18,725 nucleotides of DNA from a bacterium (GCA_041946805.1 JBHGBC010000117.1:1-18725), one strand, 5' to 3'. Positions 7,173-15,974 are shown, counted from the first letter of the stretch. Translations and numbers: made by a program. Notes: generated by a model from the sequence alone, not told the origin.

Positions 7173-9020
7173 TTACCCTCCAATGAAGTAGAGTAGATCC
7201 TGCAGTTCGTGCAGCAAGGGACCGTACTCTTTCCCCTCCGCGGCCCGTTGTTCGATCTGGGCGCACAGTTCCCGCGCTTCCTCCCGGTCATCCGGGTGCA
7301 TGCGGCCGAAAGCGGCGCGCGCCCGCTGAATTATCTCCTCATGTACCCGCAGCAGGCCGGCTTGGCGCGGGAATTCCACAATCCGCGCGGTTTCGGGGAC
7401 CTGGGCTGGCGTGGTCTCTTCCAGGACGGCGGCGCTTTCCGGGGAACTCAGCAGATCGGACAGCCGAGCGCGGGATTCAAGGATGTCTTTCAATTCCTTG
7501 GGTTTGTAGGCTCCCTCGATGCGGATGCTTTTTTGCAGTCCGGTTTGCTTTTCCGTGGCCGTGACCGTCAGGATGCCGTTCAGGTCCAGGGTCATCCGGT
7601 CGATGATCACGTTGCCGGCGGGGACCCGCGACAATCCTTCGACCCGGAAAATGCCGATTCGCGTGTTAAAGCGGACATCGTCGTCCTCCCCCTGGAAAAT
7701 CTGAACCTCCACGACCTCCTGGTTGTCGGCCACGGTGGTGAACTCTTCCGAGCGGGTCACCGGCAAGGGGGTATTCCGCGGGATGATCCGCGCGAAATAG
7801 TAAGGATTCGGGAATCCGTCCGGTTCGAAATGCAAGGCCGCGACGCCAAAGGTATGGGGGGTGATATCCACCAGGATTTGTTCCACTTCCAAGCCTTGCA
7901 GACGGGCGGCCAGGATGCCCGCCCCCATGGCCACGCAGAGGTCTGGATGCAGCTCCGCGCGGGGCTCTTTTCCGAAGAGGTCCTGCAGGACCTCCCGCAC
8001 GAGGGGAGTCCGGGTCGATCCGCCGGCCAGGAGGACGTTTTCGATTTGCGCGGGCATGACCTGGGCGTCCCGCAGGGCTTCGTGCACGCAATCGACGGTA
8101 CGGTCGATGAGGGTGTGGATCATCTGTTCGTATTCGCGCCGGGATAGTTCCAGGTCCAGATGGATGGACTTGCCGTTGACCGCGGCGATTTCTTCTTCCA
8201 CCACTTGCACGTAGGGATTGGAACTCAAACCGATCTTCGCCGCTTCCGCCGCGTGGGTCAGCCGGTGGAGGGCCCGGCGGTCTTCGCGGAGATCCACCCG
8301 GTATTCCCGCTGGATGTGCGCCAGGAAGTGTTCGAGGATCAGCCGGTCGAAGTCGTCGCCGCCCAGGCGGGTGTCCCCCCGGCTGGCCAGCACTTCCGTC
8401 AGATCGTTCTCTTCCTTCACGATGGACACATCGAATGTGCCTCCCCCCAGGTCGTAGACGACCGATATCCCGCTGTGCGGCTGATTCAGGGACAACAGAC
8501 TTTTGCGAAAGGCCAACGATGCGGCCGTGGGTTCGTTGAGGATGCGGACGACCTCCAAACCGGCGATTTCACCCGCCGCCCGCGTGGCTTGCCGTTGGGT
8601 GTCGTTGAAGAACGCGGGGACGGTGATCACGGCCCGGCGCAGGGGGAAATCCAAGGCCGCTTCCGCCTTTTGTTTCATGTAGCCCAAAATCAAGGCCGAG
8701 ATTTCCTCGGGGAGGAAGGAGCGATCGCCCAGGAGAATGCTTTCGGTCCCGCCCATGCGCCGTTTGATGGATTTGATTGTCTTTTCGGGATACAGGATAT
8801 ATTGATTACGGGCGGGATGGCCCACCAACAAATCGTTGGTTTCCGACAGGCCCACATACGAGGGCAGGAGAGGGCTGCCGTCGATGTCGATAACTTGGAT
8901 TCGCCCCTCGCGGTACAGGGCGATGCTCGAATACGTCGTACCCAGATCGATGCCCGCGATCATTTCGGGCGAGGGATTCGTGGAATGGGGGGTATGGGGG
9001 GAATTCGTGGACACGGACAA
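7173..9020 (-). CDS. dnaK: Hsp70 family chaperone (specialised DnaK paralogue)
   Basis: GIDLGTTYS, TVPAFFND, RILNEPTAA, YDLGGGTFDVSI, LGGDDFD, LAGGSTRTP, DNQ and FQGE motifs. The start may be TTG 9020, GTG 9014 (best spacing to AGGAG) or ATG 8963. The symbol denotes the family; this is probably not the housekeeping copy. Confidence 0.95.
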   Translation of the reverse strand: MSVSTNSPHTPHSTNPSPEMIAGIDLGTTYSSIALYREGRIQVIDIDGSPLLPSYVGLSETNDLLVGHPARNQYILYPEKTIKSIKRRMGGTESILLGDRSFLPEEISALILGYMKQKAEAALDFPLRRAVITVPAFFNDTQRQATRAAGEIAGLEVVRILNEPTAASLAFRKSLLSLNQPHSGISVVYDLGGGTFDVSIVKEENDLTEVLASRGDTRLGGDDFDRLILEHFLAHIQREYRVDLREDRRALHRLTHAAEAAKIGLSSNPYVQVVEEEIAAVNGKSIHLDLELSRREYEQMIHTLIDRTVDCVHEALRDAQVMPAQIENVLLAGGSTRTPLVREVLQDLFGKEPRAELHPDLCVAMGAGILAARLQGLEVEQILVDITPHTFGVAALHFEPDGFPNPYYFARIIPRNTPLPVTRSEEFTTVADNQEVVEVQIFQGEDDDVRFNTRIGIFRVEGLSRVPAGNVIIDRMTLDLNGILTVTATEKQTGLQKSIRIEGAYKPKELKDILESRARLSDLLSSPESAAVLEETTPAQVPETARIVEFPRQAGLLRVHEEIIQRARAAFGRMHPDDREEARELCAQIEQRAAEGKEYGPLLHELQDLLYFIGG

Positions 9021-9167
9021 TCTCTCCTAGTTTTTCTTTCTCGGTGGACCCGGCCGCGGGGGATCCACCGGGATCCGCCCCGGACCGGGCTGGAGGTTCG
9101 ATTTTCTCGACTCGCAGGGACAACCGCACGGAATCGGCTTGCGGCGTCCCCGGCGGACAGCCCGGAT

Positions 9168-10040
9168 TTACAGGCTGGTTTCCGACGGTTCCCCGGCGGG
9201 ACAGGCAACCTTTACTTCCGCGAACCGGAGCACCCGGTCTTCGTGCAGGTAGCCTTGGCGGTAAACCTCCACGACGGACACCCCGGAGGCGCCTGGTATT
9301 TCGGCGCGGTCCACGGCCTTCATTTTCGTGGGATCGAATTCCATTTCCGGCCGGGCGATTGGCGTGATCCCCAGATCGTTCAACCGCTGGCCCAGTTTTT
9401 TATGACAGAGGGTGATAGTCTGGATCAGTTCGCCGGTGGCATCGGCGCCCGCGAGCCAACGCCGCCACCAGGGGCGGGACGGGGGACGGTTCTGATGTTG
9501 TTCCAGCCACCGGCGCAGCTGGTCATGGGTATCCAGCAGCGGTTCGGCCAACGACGCGAACGCTTTTTCCTTCCCCGATTGATACCCTCGTTTCCGCTCA
9601 CCGGCCAAGGTTTGGGTGGTCAACAGCTCGACAAGGCTTTGCAGGTCTTCCAGCCCCGCGTGAAACGCCGAGAAGCGCTCCGCCAGCGCCGGGACCGCTT
9701 CCCATTGCCCCGCCGCATGTTGAATCGCCTGTTCCAGCCGCTGGAAGCCGCGGCCTTGCAGGGCGATTTCCTGCCGTAGGGCGGTCAGGGCTTCCAGCAA
9801 CGTGTATAAATCGGGGGCCGGGGCGGTTTCCTCCGCCGTCACAACGCCTTCCGGACGCGGCTCCGGTTCCCGCAAGTGAAGGAGCCAGTCCCGCGCCGCG
9901 GCCAGTAGCGTCTCCTCCCCGGGCGCCGCTTCCGGCAGGGACGGTCCGCTGAGGAGTGGCTCGGTCCCCGTCGCACGGAGTGGCCTGGATTCGGCGAGAG
10001 AATCAATCTCCCTTGGTGGATTCCGGTTTGGATTTTCCAT
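9168..10040 (-). CDS. grpE: GrpE-like nucleotide exchange factor (290 aa, extended N-terminus)
   Basis: Long coiled-coil region then the GrpE C-terminal signature 'FDPTKMKAV...VVEVYRQGYLHEDRVLRFAEVKV'; located directly upstream of the Hsp70 gene. Confidence 0.85.
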   Translation of the reverse strand: MENPNRNPPREIDSLAESRPLRATGTEPLLSGPSLPEAAPGEETLLAAARDWLLHLREPEPRPEGVVTAEETAPAPDLYTLLEALTALRQEIALQGRGFQRLEQAIQHAAGQWEAVPALAERFSAFHAGLEDLQSLVELLTTQTLAGERKRGYQSGKEKAFASLAEPLLDTHDQLRRWLEQHQNRPPSRPWWRRWLAGADATGELIQTITLCHKKLGQRLNDLGITPIARPEMEFDPTKMKAVDRAEIPGASGVSVVEVYRQGYLHEDRVLRFAEVKVACPAGEPSETSL

Positions 10041-10353
10041 AAGGATTCTTCCTGTTTAACCGTTTTGTTTCCGTCTCGATCACGGACAGCCAAATCCCGG
10101 ACCCCACCCGTCGGCGTTCGTCCGTGTCCGGCAAGTAATCGGATATGGATTCATGGACCGGGGCGCCAAACAACCGGAACCGGATCCGGTCTTTTTCGGT
10201 CTTGATCGTCTCATAGGCCGCGCGGATGCGTTCAAAGGCGGCGGGATCCCGGTCCGGCGGATGGCGGCGGATCGCTTGGGTGTACGCGGCCCGCACGGTT
10301 TCATCGGTCACGGCGCCGCTTTCCAATCCCAATTCCTGATAGGGATCGATCAT
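10003..10353 (-). CDS. Minimal J-domain protein (116 aa) with variant HPPD motif
   Basis: 'DPYQELGL...VRAAY...HPPDRDPAAFERIRAAYETI' follows the J-domain helix I-III pattern; AAAGGA RBS; overlaps the grpE-like start by 38 nt. Confidence 0.85.
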   Translation of the reverse strand: MIDPYQELGLESGAVTDETVRAAYTQAIRRHPPDRDPAAFERIRAAYETIKTEKDRIRFRLFGAPVHESISDYLPDTDERRRVGSGIWLSVIETETKRLNRKNPYGKSKPESTKGD

Positions 10354-10389
10354 CGGAACAATTCCTTTCCGTTTCGGAGAGTGATGGGA

Positions 10390-13071
10390 TCACCAAAGCG
10401 TGAGCTGATCGTCGTCCTCGTCCGCCGGGGGTTTTGGTTTTTTCTCTTTCGGGGCCGCGGGCGTTCCGGGATTCTCTTCTTCGGGTGCATCCATGAAATT
10501 CCCGACCGGTGGGGATTTCAAGACCCGTTTGGAGCGTTTGGCGGTTTTGACCGCTTTTTTGGATTTGCGTTTTGGAATCAAATTGAAGAACTTGTTGAAC
10601 CTATCGCGCAACGATTCTTTCGAGCGGGCGGATTTGAGGGCCCGGCGTTTGCGTTCACGCTGGAGAATGGCTTGGATCTGCCGCTCACTCAATTCGACGA
10701 TGGGGGATTCGCGGGAGTCCCTGCCGCCGAGCAGATACATCAGCCCGGACCGTTGAGTCCGTTTCAACACCGCGACCGCTTGCCGTTCCAATTCGTAATC
10801 GCCGCGGGCCCGGCAGAGGGTGATCACAGCCAAAACGCAATCCTCGGCATCCCGCACGCGGGGCGGGCTTTCTTTCAACAAAGCCAAGGCGCGGTAATAA
10901 AGAAATTCATGCACGCGCGGCCCATTATCCCGCAACCCCCGGCTGATCGCCTCCTTCGCGAAGCTGGCGGTTCCGTCGCTGTGGATGGCGCGGGCGATGC
11001 GCAACAGCAATTCTTCCGGCAGGCCGGGGACTTTCTCGATCCATCGGCCGATCTGCGCCGACCAATCCATCGGCAGGATGGGCGCGTCGCCCACGGCCGC
11101 CAGGGCTTCACGCAGGTCGAAATAACTCTTCAGCAGGGGGGCCGTGCTGAGCTCGGGCAGGGGATATTGGTCCTCGAGGTGAGAGCGTTTCGGCGCCATT
11201 CCGGTGGCTCTCGACAAATGGTGAAACAAAATGACTCTCTCGGGGGGGAGTTCCTCCCGGGGCGGGAGCGGTTCTTCCCCTTTCCCGAGCGCCAGAAATT
11301 GTTTTATCCCTTCGAAAAGATTGCGCCGGGCCAGGTTTAATTCTTCGCTTTCGACTGGCTTGAGATCTTTTTCGGCGAGTTGCAACCTTCCTTGCTGCAG
11401 GTGTTTGAGCGCGGCCTGCCACTGCAGCCGGTAGCGGGCGTTGCGCACCTTGGGATTCAAACGGTCGATGCGTTCCGCTTTTTCCAGCAACTTGATCGAT
11501 TTTTGCAGCGCGCCCCGTTTTTCGGTTGCTTCGAACAGGCGGATCAAGGGATCGCAGCGGTCCGGGCAGGCCTCATGCCATTGCAGCAGCCATTTTTCGA
11601 ATTCGGCCGGTTTGACTTGTTCCGTCTCGAGCGACTCGATCAGGGATTCGAAATACTCCGGCTGGGGATCCAGTTCGCATGCCCGTTCCAATAGAACGCT
11701 GGAAAACAAGCGGCGCGGAGGAGTCTTCAATGGAGCCACGCGTTTATAGGATCCCTCATCGAAGTCGTCGTCATACTCATCGTCCACCAGAGTATCCATG
11801 TAATCATCGAATTCATCCGGGTCCATATCGATCCCCATTCCCAAATCCTTGGAAAGCCGGATGGAATATGGATCGCCGTGTGATTCGTCCTGGTGCGCGT
11901 GAAAGGCCGCCCGGCTCAGAATCACGGCTTGTTCCTGGGGAGTGAGGGAATCTTTGTACCGGCGGTAAAGTTGATTGAGGTTGTCCGCGGCGATCATCGG
12001 ACTGTCCCGCGCGGTGATATCCATGATCATCAACCGCATGATCATCTCGCCATCCGGGCCCCAGACCTTCCGCAACACTTTTTCCATTTCCAACTGGACC
12101 AACTCATCATGGATGTCCGCCAGCATCATGGCTTCGATAATGGCCCGGATCACCGACCGGGCGAAATAGGGGGGCGAGAGCTCATCCCCATGTAGAAAAT
12201 CCAGAACCTTTTCCCGGAGGAGCGGCCGGTTCCGGTCTCGAACCGCCTTCATCATGTCTTGCCATGCGGCGCGCGGGGAGTCGGTGCTCAACTGCCGCCA
12301 GAGATCCCGGGTGGGATGGGACGTCATTCCTTCGGGGCGGGGTATGTGGTTTAGCTTGCATTGGAGCAGATAGACAGCCTGCGCGAGGGCCGTATGCCGG
12401 GGTATACGTTCCAACATTTCCCGGGCCGCGGCATCATCGCGTTGATAATAGGCCTCCAAGGCGCGGATGAAATAACACCAATAAACCAAGGGCGACCGTC
12501 GGCCCGCCTGGGCCAGGTTTTCGAGCCGCCGGACGCGCTCCGCTTCCGGCAGATCTCCGGCCGCCGCTTCCCAGGCCTGCCAGACCAGGGTGGCTTCCTG
12601 GCGGAGGGGATGGTCCGCGGGGAGTTGCGGGCAGGCCAACAAATGGCGAGGATCCGCGAGACCGGTTTGGATCAGTGTAAAAGCGCGCTGCCGCGCCGTG
12701 CCCTCGGGATCGGGATGCAGGAGCAGCTGGACCACCCGGGGGATATCCCGCGGATCGAGGGGAAACTGATACACATCCTGAATCGCGGCGGGAAAGAGGT
12801 CCTTATGTTTCGGGAAACGGCTTTGGGCCACCTCGATCAAACGCTGGGCGTCATGGATCGCTCCGCTTTGCTGCAGATCCCGGATGCGTTCTTGATAAGC
12901 CCGCGAGAGCAAATCCTCCGCTTCCGGTCCGGGGTGTTCCTTGGCGTACCGTTTGGCGATATCCAGAGCGGTTTGCGTATGGCCGTCCGCGAGGTTTTGA
13001 TGAACTTTTTCGGCGGTGGGGAATTCGAGTAAAGACTGTTTTTTGGGGTGGATACGGTTTTTTTTCGACAC
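10390..13071 (-). CDS. Large all-helical/TPR-like hypothetical protein (893 aa)
   Basis: Long ORF with TPR-like helix pairs (e.g. 'EKRGALQKSIKLLEKAERIDRLNP', 'LQQGRLQLAEKDL', 'FLYYRALALL'), a central acidic tract, a basic C-terminal tract and terminal QLTLW. GTG start is uncertain. Confidence 0.8.
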   Translation of the reverse strand: MSKKNRIHPKKQSLLEFPTAEKVHQNLADGHTQTALDIAKRYAKEHPGPEAEDLLSRAYQERIRDLQQSGAIHDAQRLIEVAQSRFPKHKDLFPAAIQDVYQFPLDPRDIPRVVQLLLHPDPEGTARQRAFTLIQTGLADPRHLLACPQLPADHPLRQEATLVWQAWEAAAGDLPEAERVRRLENLAQAGRRSPLVYWCYFIRALEAYYQRDDAAAREMLERIPRHTALAQAVYLLQCKLNHIPRPEGMTSHPTRDLWRQLSTDSPRAAWQDMMKAVRDRNRPLLREKVLDFLHGDELSPPYFARSVIRAIIEAMMLADIHDELVQLEMEKVLRKVWGPDGEMIMRLMIMDITARDSPMIAADNLNQLYRRYKDSLTPQEQAVILSRAAFHAHQDESHGDPYSIRLSKDLGMGIDMDPDEFDDYMDTLVDDEYDDDFDEGSYKRVAPLKTPPRRLFSSVLLERACELDPQPEYFESLIESLETEQVKPAEFEKWLLQWHEACPDRCDPLIRLFEATEKRGALQKSIKLLEKAERIDRLNPKVRNARYRLQWQAALKHLQQGRLQLAEKDLKPVESEELNLARRNLFEGIKQFLALGKGEEPLPPREELPPERVILFHHLSRATGMAPKRSHLEDQYPLPELSTAPLLKSYFDLREALAAVGDAPILPMDWSAQIGRWIEKVPGLPEELLLRIARAIHSDGTASFAKEAISRGLRDNGPRVHEFLYYRALALLKESPPRVRDAEDCVLAVITLCRARGDYELERQAVAVLKRTQRSGLMYLLGGRDSRESPIVELSERQIQAILQRERKRRALKSARSKESLRDRFNKFFNLIPKRKSKKAVKTAKRSKRVLKSPPVGNFMDAPEEENPGTPAAPKEKKPKPPADEDDDQLTLW

Positions 13072-13163
13072 CGCTTTCTCGATTGACCCCTTGTGGTGAA
13101 TTATTGAAAAACCGGATGCGCGAAAACGTGCCCTTCGTGCGTGATTCGCCTTGGGAATGGGGC

Positions 13164-13172
13164 ATTATATCA
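13164..13172 (-). promoter_or_regulatory. Extended -10 promoter for the Hsp70 operon
   Basis: Perfect TG-A-TATAAT on the minus strand about 92 nt upstream of the GTG at 13071; no good -35. Confidence 0.55.
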
Positions 13173-13217
13173 TAATATCGGCCGGAGAAAACCGCCTGCC
13201 GTTCGTATCCTGGCGTT

Positions 13218-14549
13218 TCAATACACCGGTAGTTTCCAGGGGGCGCGGTAGGGGCGCTCGTAGGCGATGCTGTTTTTCACATCCTCCTTGTTTTTCACGT
13301 CCAGGTTGACCGGATCCCACAGAATGGGCTTGCCCGTGAGGCTGGCCATGTTGCCCAGCATGCAGATCAGGGTCACGCGGGCCATGGATTCGATGTCCGA
13401 GGCGGGCTGGGCGCGGCTTTTGAGGCAATCCAGGAAATTCTTGACGTGATTGTTCATGCGCAGCCCCGCGTCGCCGCCGCCGGGGATGTTTTTCGGTTTT
13501 CCCACTTGGGGCGTTTCCGGGTAATATTTCATCTCGATGCGGTCCACGATCAGCGTCCCGTTGGCGCCGATGAATTCCGAGCCATGGCCGTTGCCGCCGT
13601 CCAGGCCGCGCCCGTTGTTCATGCGCGTTTCCCAGTTCATCAGCCAATTTTTGAAGCGGTAGATGACTTGCTGTGTGTCGGGGGTTTCACGGTCGTCGGT
13701 CATGAAATATTTGCCGGCCACCCCGTGGACTTCGACCGGTTCCAGGTCATTCATGCCCAGCAGAACGATGTCGAGCACGTGGACGCCCCAGTCGGTCATT
13801 AGCCCGCCGCCGTAGTCCCAGAACCAGCGCCAATTGAAATGGCAGCGGTTGGATTGATACGGAACCATCGGCGCGGGGCCGAGCCAGAAATCCCAATCCA
13901 GGTTGGGGGGCGGTGTCTGGGGTTTCTCGTTGCCGATGGGTTTGAGCCAGCCCACCACCGGATTGACATTCCATCCCCGGCCGACGGTGATTTTGCCCAT
14001 TGCGCCGGAGCGGACGAAGCGGATCGCCTCCTGAAAATGCGGCAGGGTGCGCTGCCAGGTGTTGATTTGCGCCACCCGGTTGAAGCGGCGGGCCGCGTGG
14101 AGCATGGTCTTGGCCTCGACGAAGTTTTGCGCGAGCGGCTTTTCGCAATAGATGTCCTTCCCGGCCTCGCACGCCAGGCAGAAGGGCAGGGCGTGCCAGT
14201 GGTCCGGCGTTCCGATGATGACCGCGTCGAGGTCCTTGATGTCCAACAATTGCCGGAAATCCTTGAACATCTTGGGCTTGGGCCGGTCGCGCTTCACGCA
14301 TTCGGCGGCCGCGGCCTCGGCGTGTTGGCTGTCCACGTCACACACGGCGGCGATTTCCACTCCGTCGAACTTGGTGAATTCGATCATGTCGGCGGTTCCC
14401 TGACCCCCGCAGCCGATCACCCCCATCACCACTTTTTCGTTCGCTCCCAGCGCGGAAGCCGCTGTCAGCCCCCGCGCCGCCAGTCCGGCCCCCACGGCGG
14501 CCCGGCCGGTGATCCCGAAAAATTCACGCCGATTCACATCGCGTTTCAT
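13218..14549 (-). CDS. Gfo/Idh/MocA family oxidoreductase with Tat signal peptide
   Basis: Twin-arginine 'NRREFF'; Rossmann 'GVIGCGGQG'; 'TPDHWH', 'GKDIYCEKP' and 'DWGVH' motifs; AAGGAG RBS. Confidence 0.93.
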   Translation of the reverse strand: MKRDVNRREFFGITGRAAVGAGLAARGLTAASALGANEKVVMGVIGCGGQGTADMIEFTKFDGVEIAAVCDVDSQHAEAAAAECVKRDRPKPKMFKDFRQLLDIKDLDAVIIGTPDHWHALPFCLACEAGKDIYCEKPLAQNFVEAKTMLHAARRFNRVAQINTWQRTLPHFQEAIRFVRSGAMGKITVGRGWNVNPVVGWLKPIGNEKPQTPPPNLDWDFWLGPAPMVPYQSNRCHFNWRWFWDYGGGLMTDWGVHVLDIVLLGMNDLEPVEVHGVAGKYFMTDDRETPDTQQVIYRFKNWLMNWETRMNNGRGLDGGNGHGSEFIGANGTLIVDRIEMKYYPETPQVGKPKNIPGGGDAGLRMNNHVKNFLDCLKSRAQPASDIESMARVTLICMLGNMASLTGKPILWDPVNLDVKNKEDVKNSIAYERPYRAPWKLPVY

Positions 14550-14729
14550 GTCTGTGACTCCTTCATAGGCTCGAAATTCGTTCCCGAGGATGAGAGATTT
14601 AGAATATCATGGTTGATCGATGAATTGGAGCGAACCTTCCCATCGGCAATTGATGCCCGCGGAATAAATGAAGTATGATGAACCATTCGGTCATTCAACC
14701 GTGGTGATCCCGTTTGAAACAAGCAGTTC

Positions 14730-15935
14730 ATGAAAATCTTGTTTCTCAACCATAACCTGATCTGGCGGGGGACCTTTTTCCGCTGCCTGGGATTCGCGCG
14801 CGAACTGGTGAAGCGTGGCCATGAAGCCGAACTCTGGACGGCCGCCCGCGATCCCCATGGCCGGGGAATCCATCTGGAGGAAGACGGCGTCCGGATCTGG
14901 CAAACGCCCCGCTGGGGAAGGCTGGGAGGCCATGACGGAGGCTACGCGCCGGTCGACAACCTGGCGCGGCTCATCCGGGCATGCCGTTGCGATTGGGATG
15001 TCGTTCACGCGTTCGACCACCGGCCCAATGTACTGCTTCCCTGGTTATGGATACGGTTCCGCCGGCGCGTGTTGGGCCGTCATTCCACCCCGCTGTTCGT
15101 CAGCGACTGGTGCGACTGGTGGACGGGCGGGGGCATCACCACCGGGCGGCGCGCGTGGCCGGCCGTGGACCGGATCGAACGGCGGATCGAGGAAGGCAGC
15201 AAGCGGATGGCGGACGGCGTGACGGTCATCAGTTCAGTCCTTTACCAAAGGGCGCGCAACGTGGGCATTCCGGAAGAGCGGTTGCTCCTGTTGCCTTCCG
15301 GCGTGGCGGTGGAGCGGTTTCCCATGTTGGACAAGTTGGAATGCCGCCGGCGGCTGGGATGGCCGCTGGACCGGCCGGGATTGGGTTTCGTGGGCTATTC
15401 GCTATGGGATTTAGAGATGCTGGCGGAAACGTTCCGGCTGGTGCAGAAGGAGCATCCGCGGGTGTTTCTCGTGGTTATTGGGGGCGGAGTGGAAGAGCAG
15501 GCCAAGGATATATTCCGGAAGTACTTCTCCATCGGGCAAGATGTTTTTCTTCCCGGCGTGGTTTCCTTCGCGGAAGTGCCCATGTACCTGGCGAGCTGCG
15601 ATGTCCATTTGTTGCCGATGCAAAACAACCTGGCCAACCGGGCGCGGCTGCCCAACAAGTTGTGCGATTATTTCGCATCAGGCCGCCCGGCGGCGGTTTC
15701 GGACGTGGGGGAAGCCGCGGATTATGTCCGCCGCTATCAGACCGGATTGGTGGGGGGGAAAACCGCGGAGTCACTCGCACAGGCCTGCGTACAATTATTG
15801 AATGATCCATCCTTGGCTGAAACCTGTGGACGCCAGGCGCGGCGTATCGCGGAAACCGGATTGGCGTATTCCACGTTAACGGATTCGCTGTTGGATTTTT
15901 ATCAGAAACGGATGAAGGGGGAAGGGGATCCATGA
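14730..15935 (+). CDS. Glycosyltransferase family 4 (GT-B fold)
   Basis: 'MKILFLNH', 'ADGVTVIS', and the GT4 C-terminal motif 'PNKLCDYFASGRPAAVSDVG'. Confidence 0.88.
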   Translation: MKILFLNHNLIWRGTFFRCLGFARELVKRGHEAELWTAARDPHGRGIHLEEDGVRIWQTPRWGRLGGHDGGYAPVDNLARLIRACRCDWDVVHAFDHRPNVLLPWLWIRFRRRVLGRHSTPLFVSDWCDWWTGGGITTGRRAWPAVDRIERRIEEGSKRMADGVTVISSVLYQRARNVGIPEERLLLLPSGVAVERFPMLDKLECRRRLGWPLDRPGLGFVGYSLWDLEMLAETFRLVQKEHPRVFLVVIGGGVEEQAKDIFRKYFSIGQDVFLPGVVSFAEVPMYLASCDVHLLPMQNNLANRARLPNKLCDYFASGRPAAVSDVGEAADYVRRYQTGLVGGKTAESLAQACVQLLNDPSLAETCGRQARRIAETGLAYSTLTDSLLDFYQKRMKGEGDP

Positions 15936-15974
15936 CAAAAGTCCGGATGCCCCAACCGCCGGATAGAAAAGGAG

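Noticed and set aside
7209..9779. Long plus-strand ORFs (312 aa and 539 aa) antisense to Hsp70/GrpE
   Set aside because: Antisense shadows of GC-rich genes; open frames opposite hsp70 genes are a known annotation artefact and these have no recognisable motifs.
13072..13217. CIRCE or LexA-type operator upstream of the Hsp70 operon
   Set aside because: No TTAGCACTC-N9-GAGTGCTAA and no convincing palindrome was seen.
14730..15935. GT4 as bacillithiol synthase BshA
   Set aside because: It lacks the BshA-type N-terminal YP-x-x-GGS motif, lies 9 kb from the bacilliredoxin and looks like a generic envelope glycosyltransferase.
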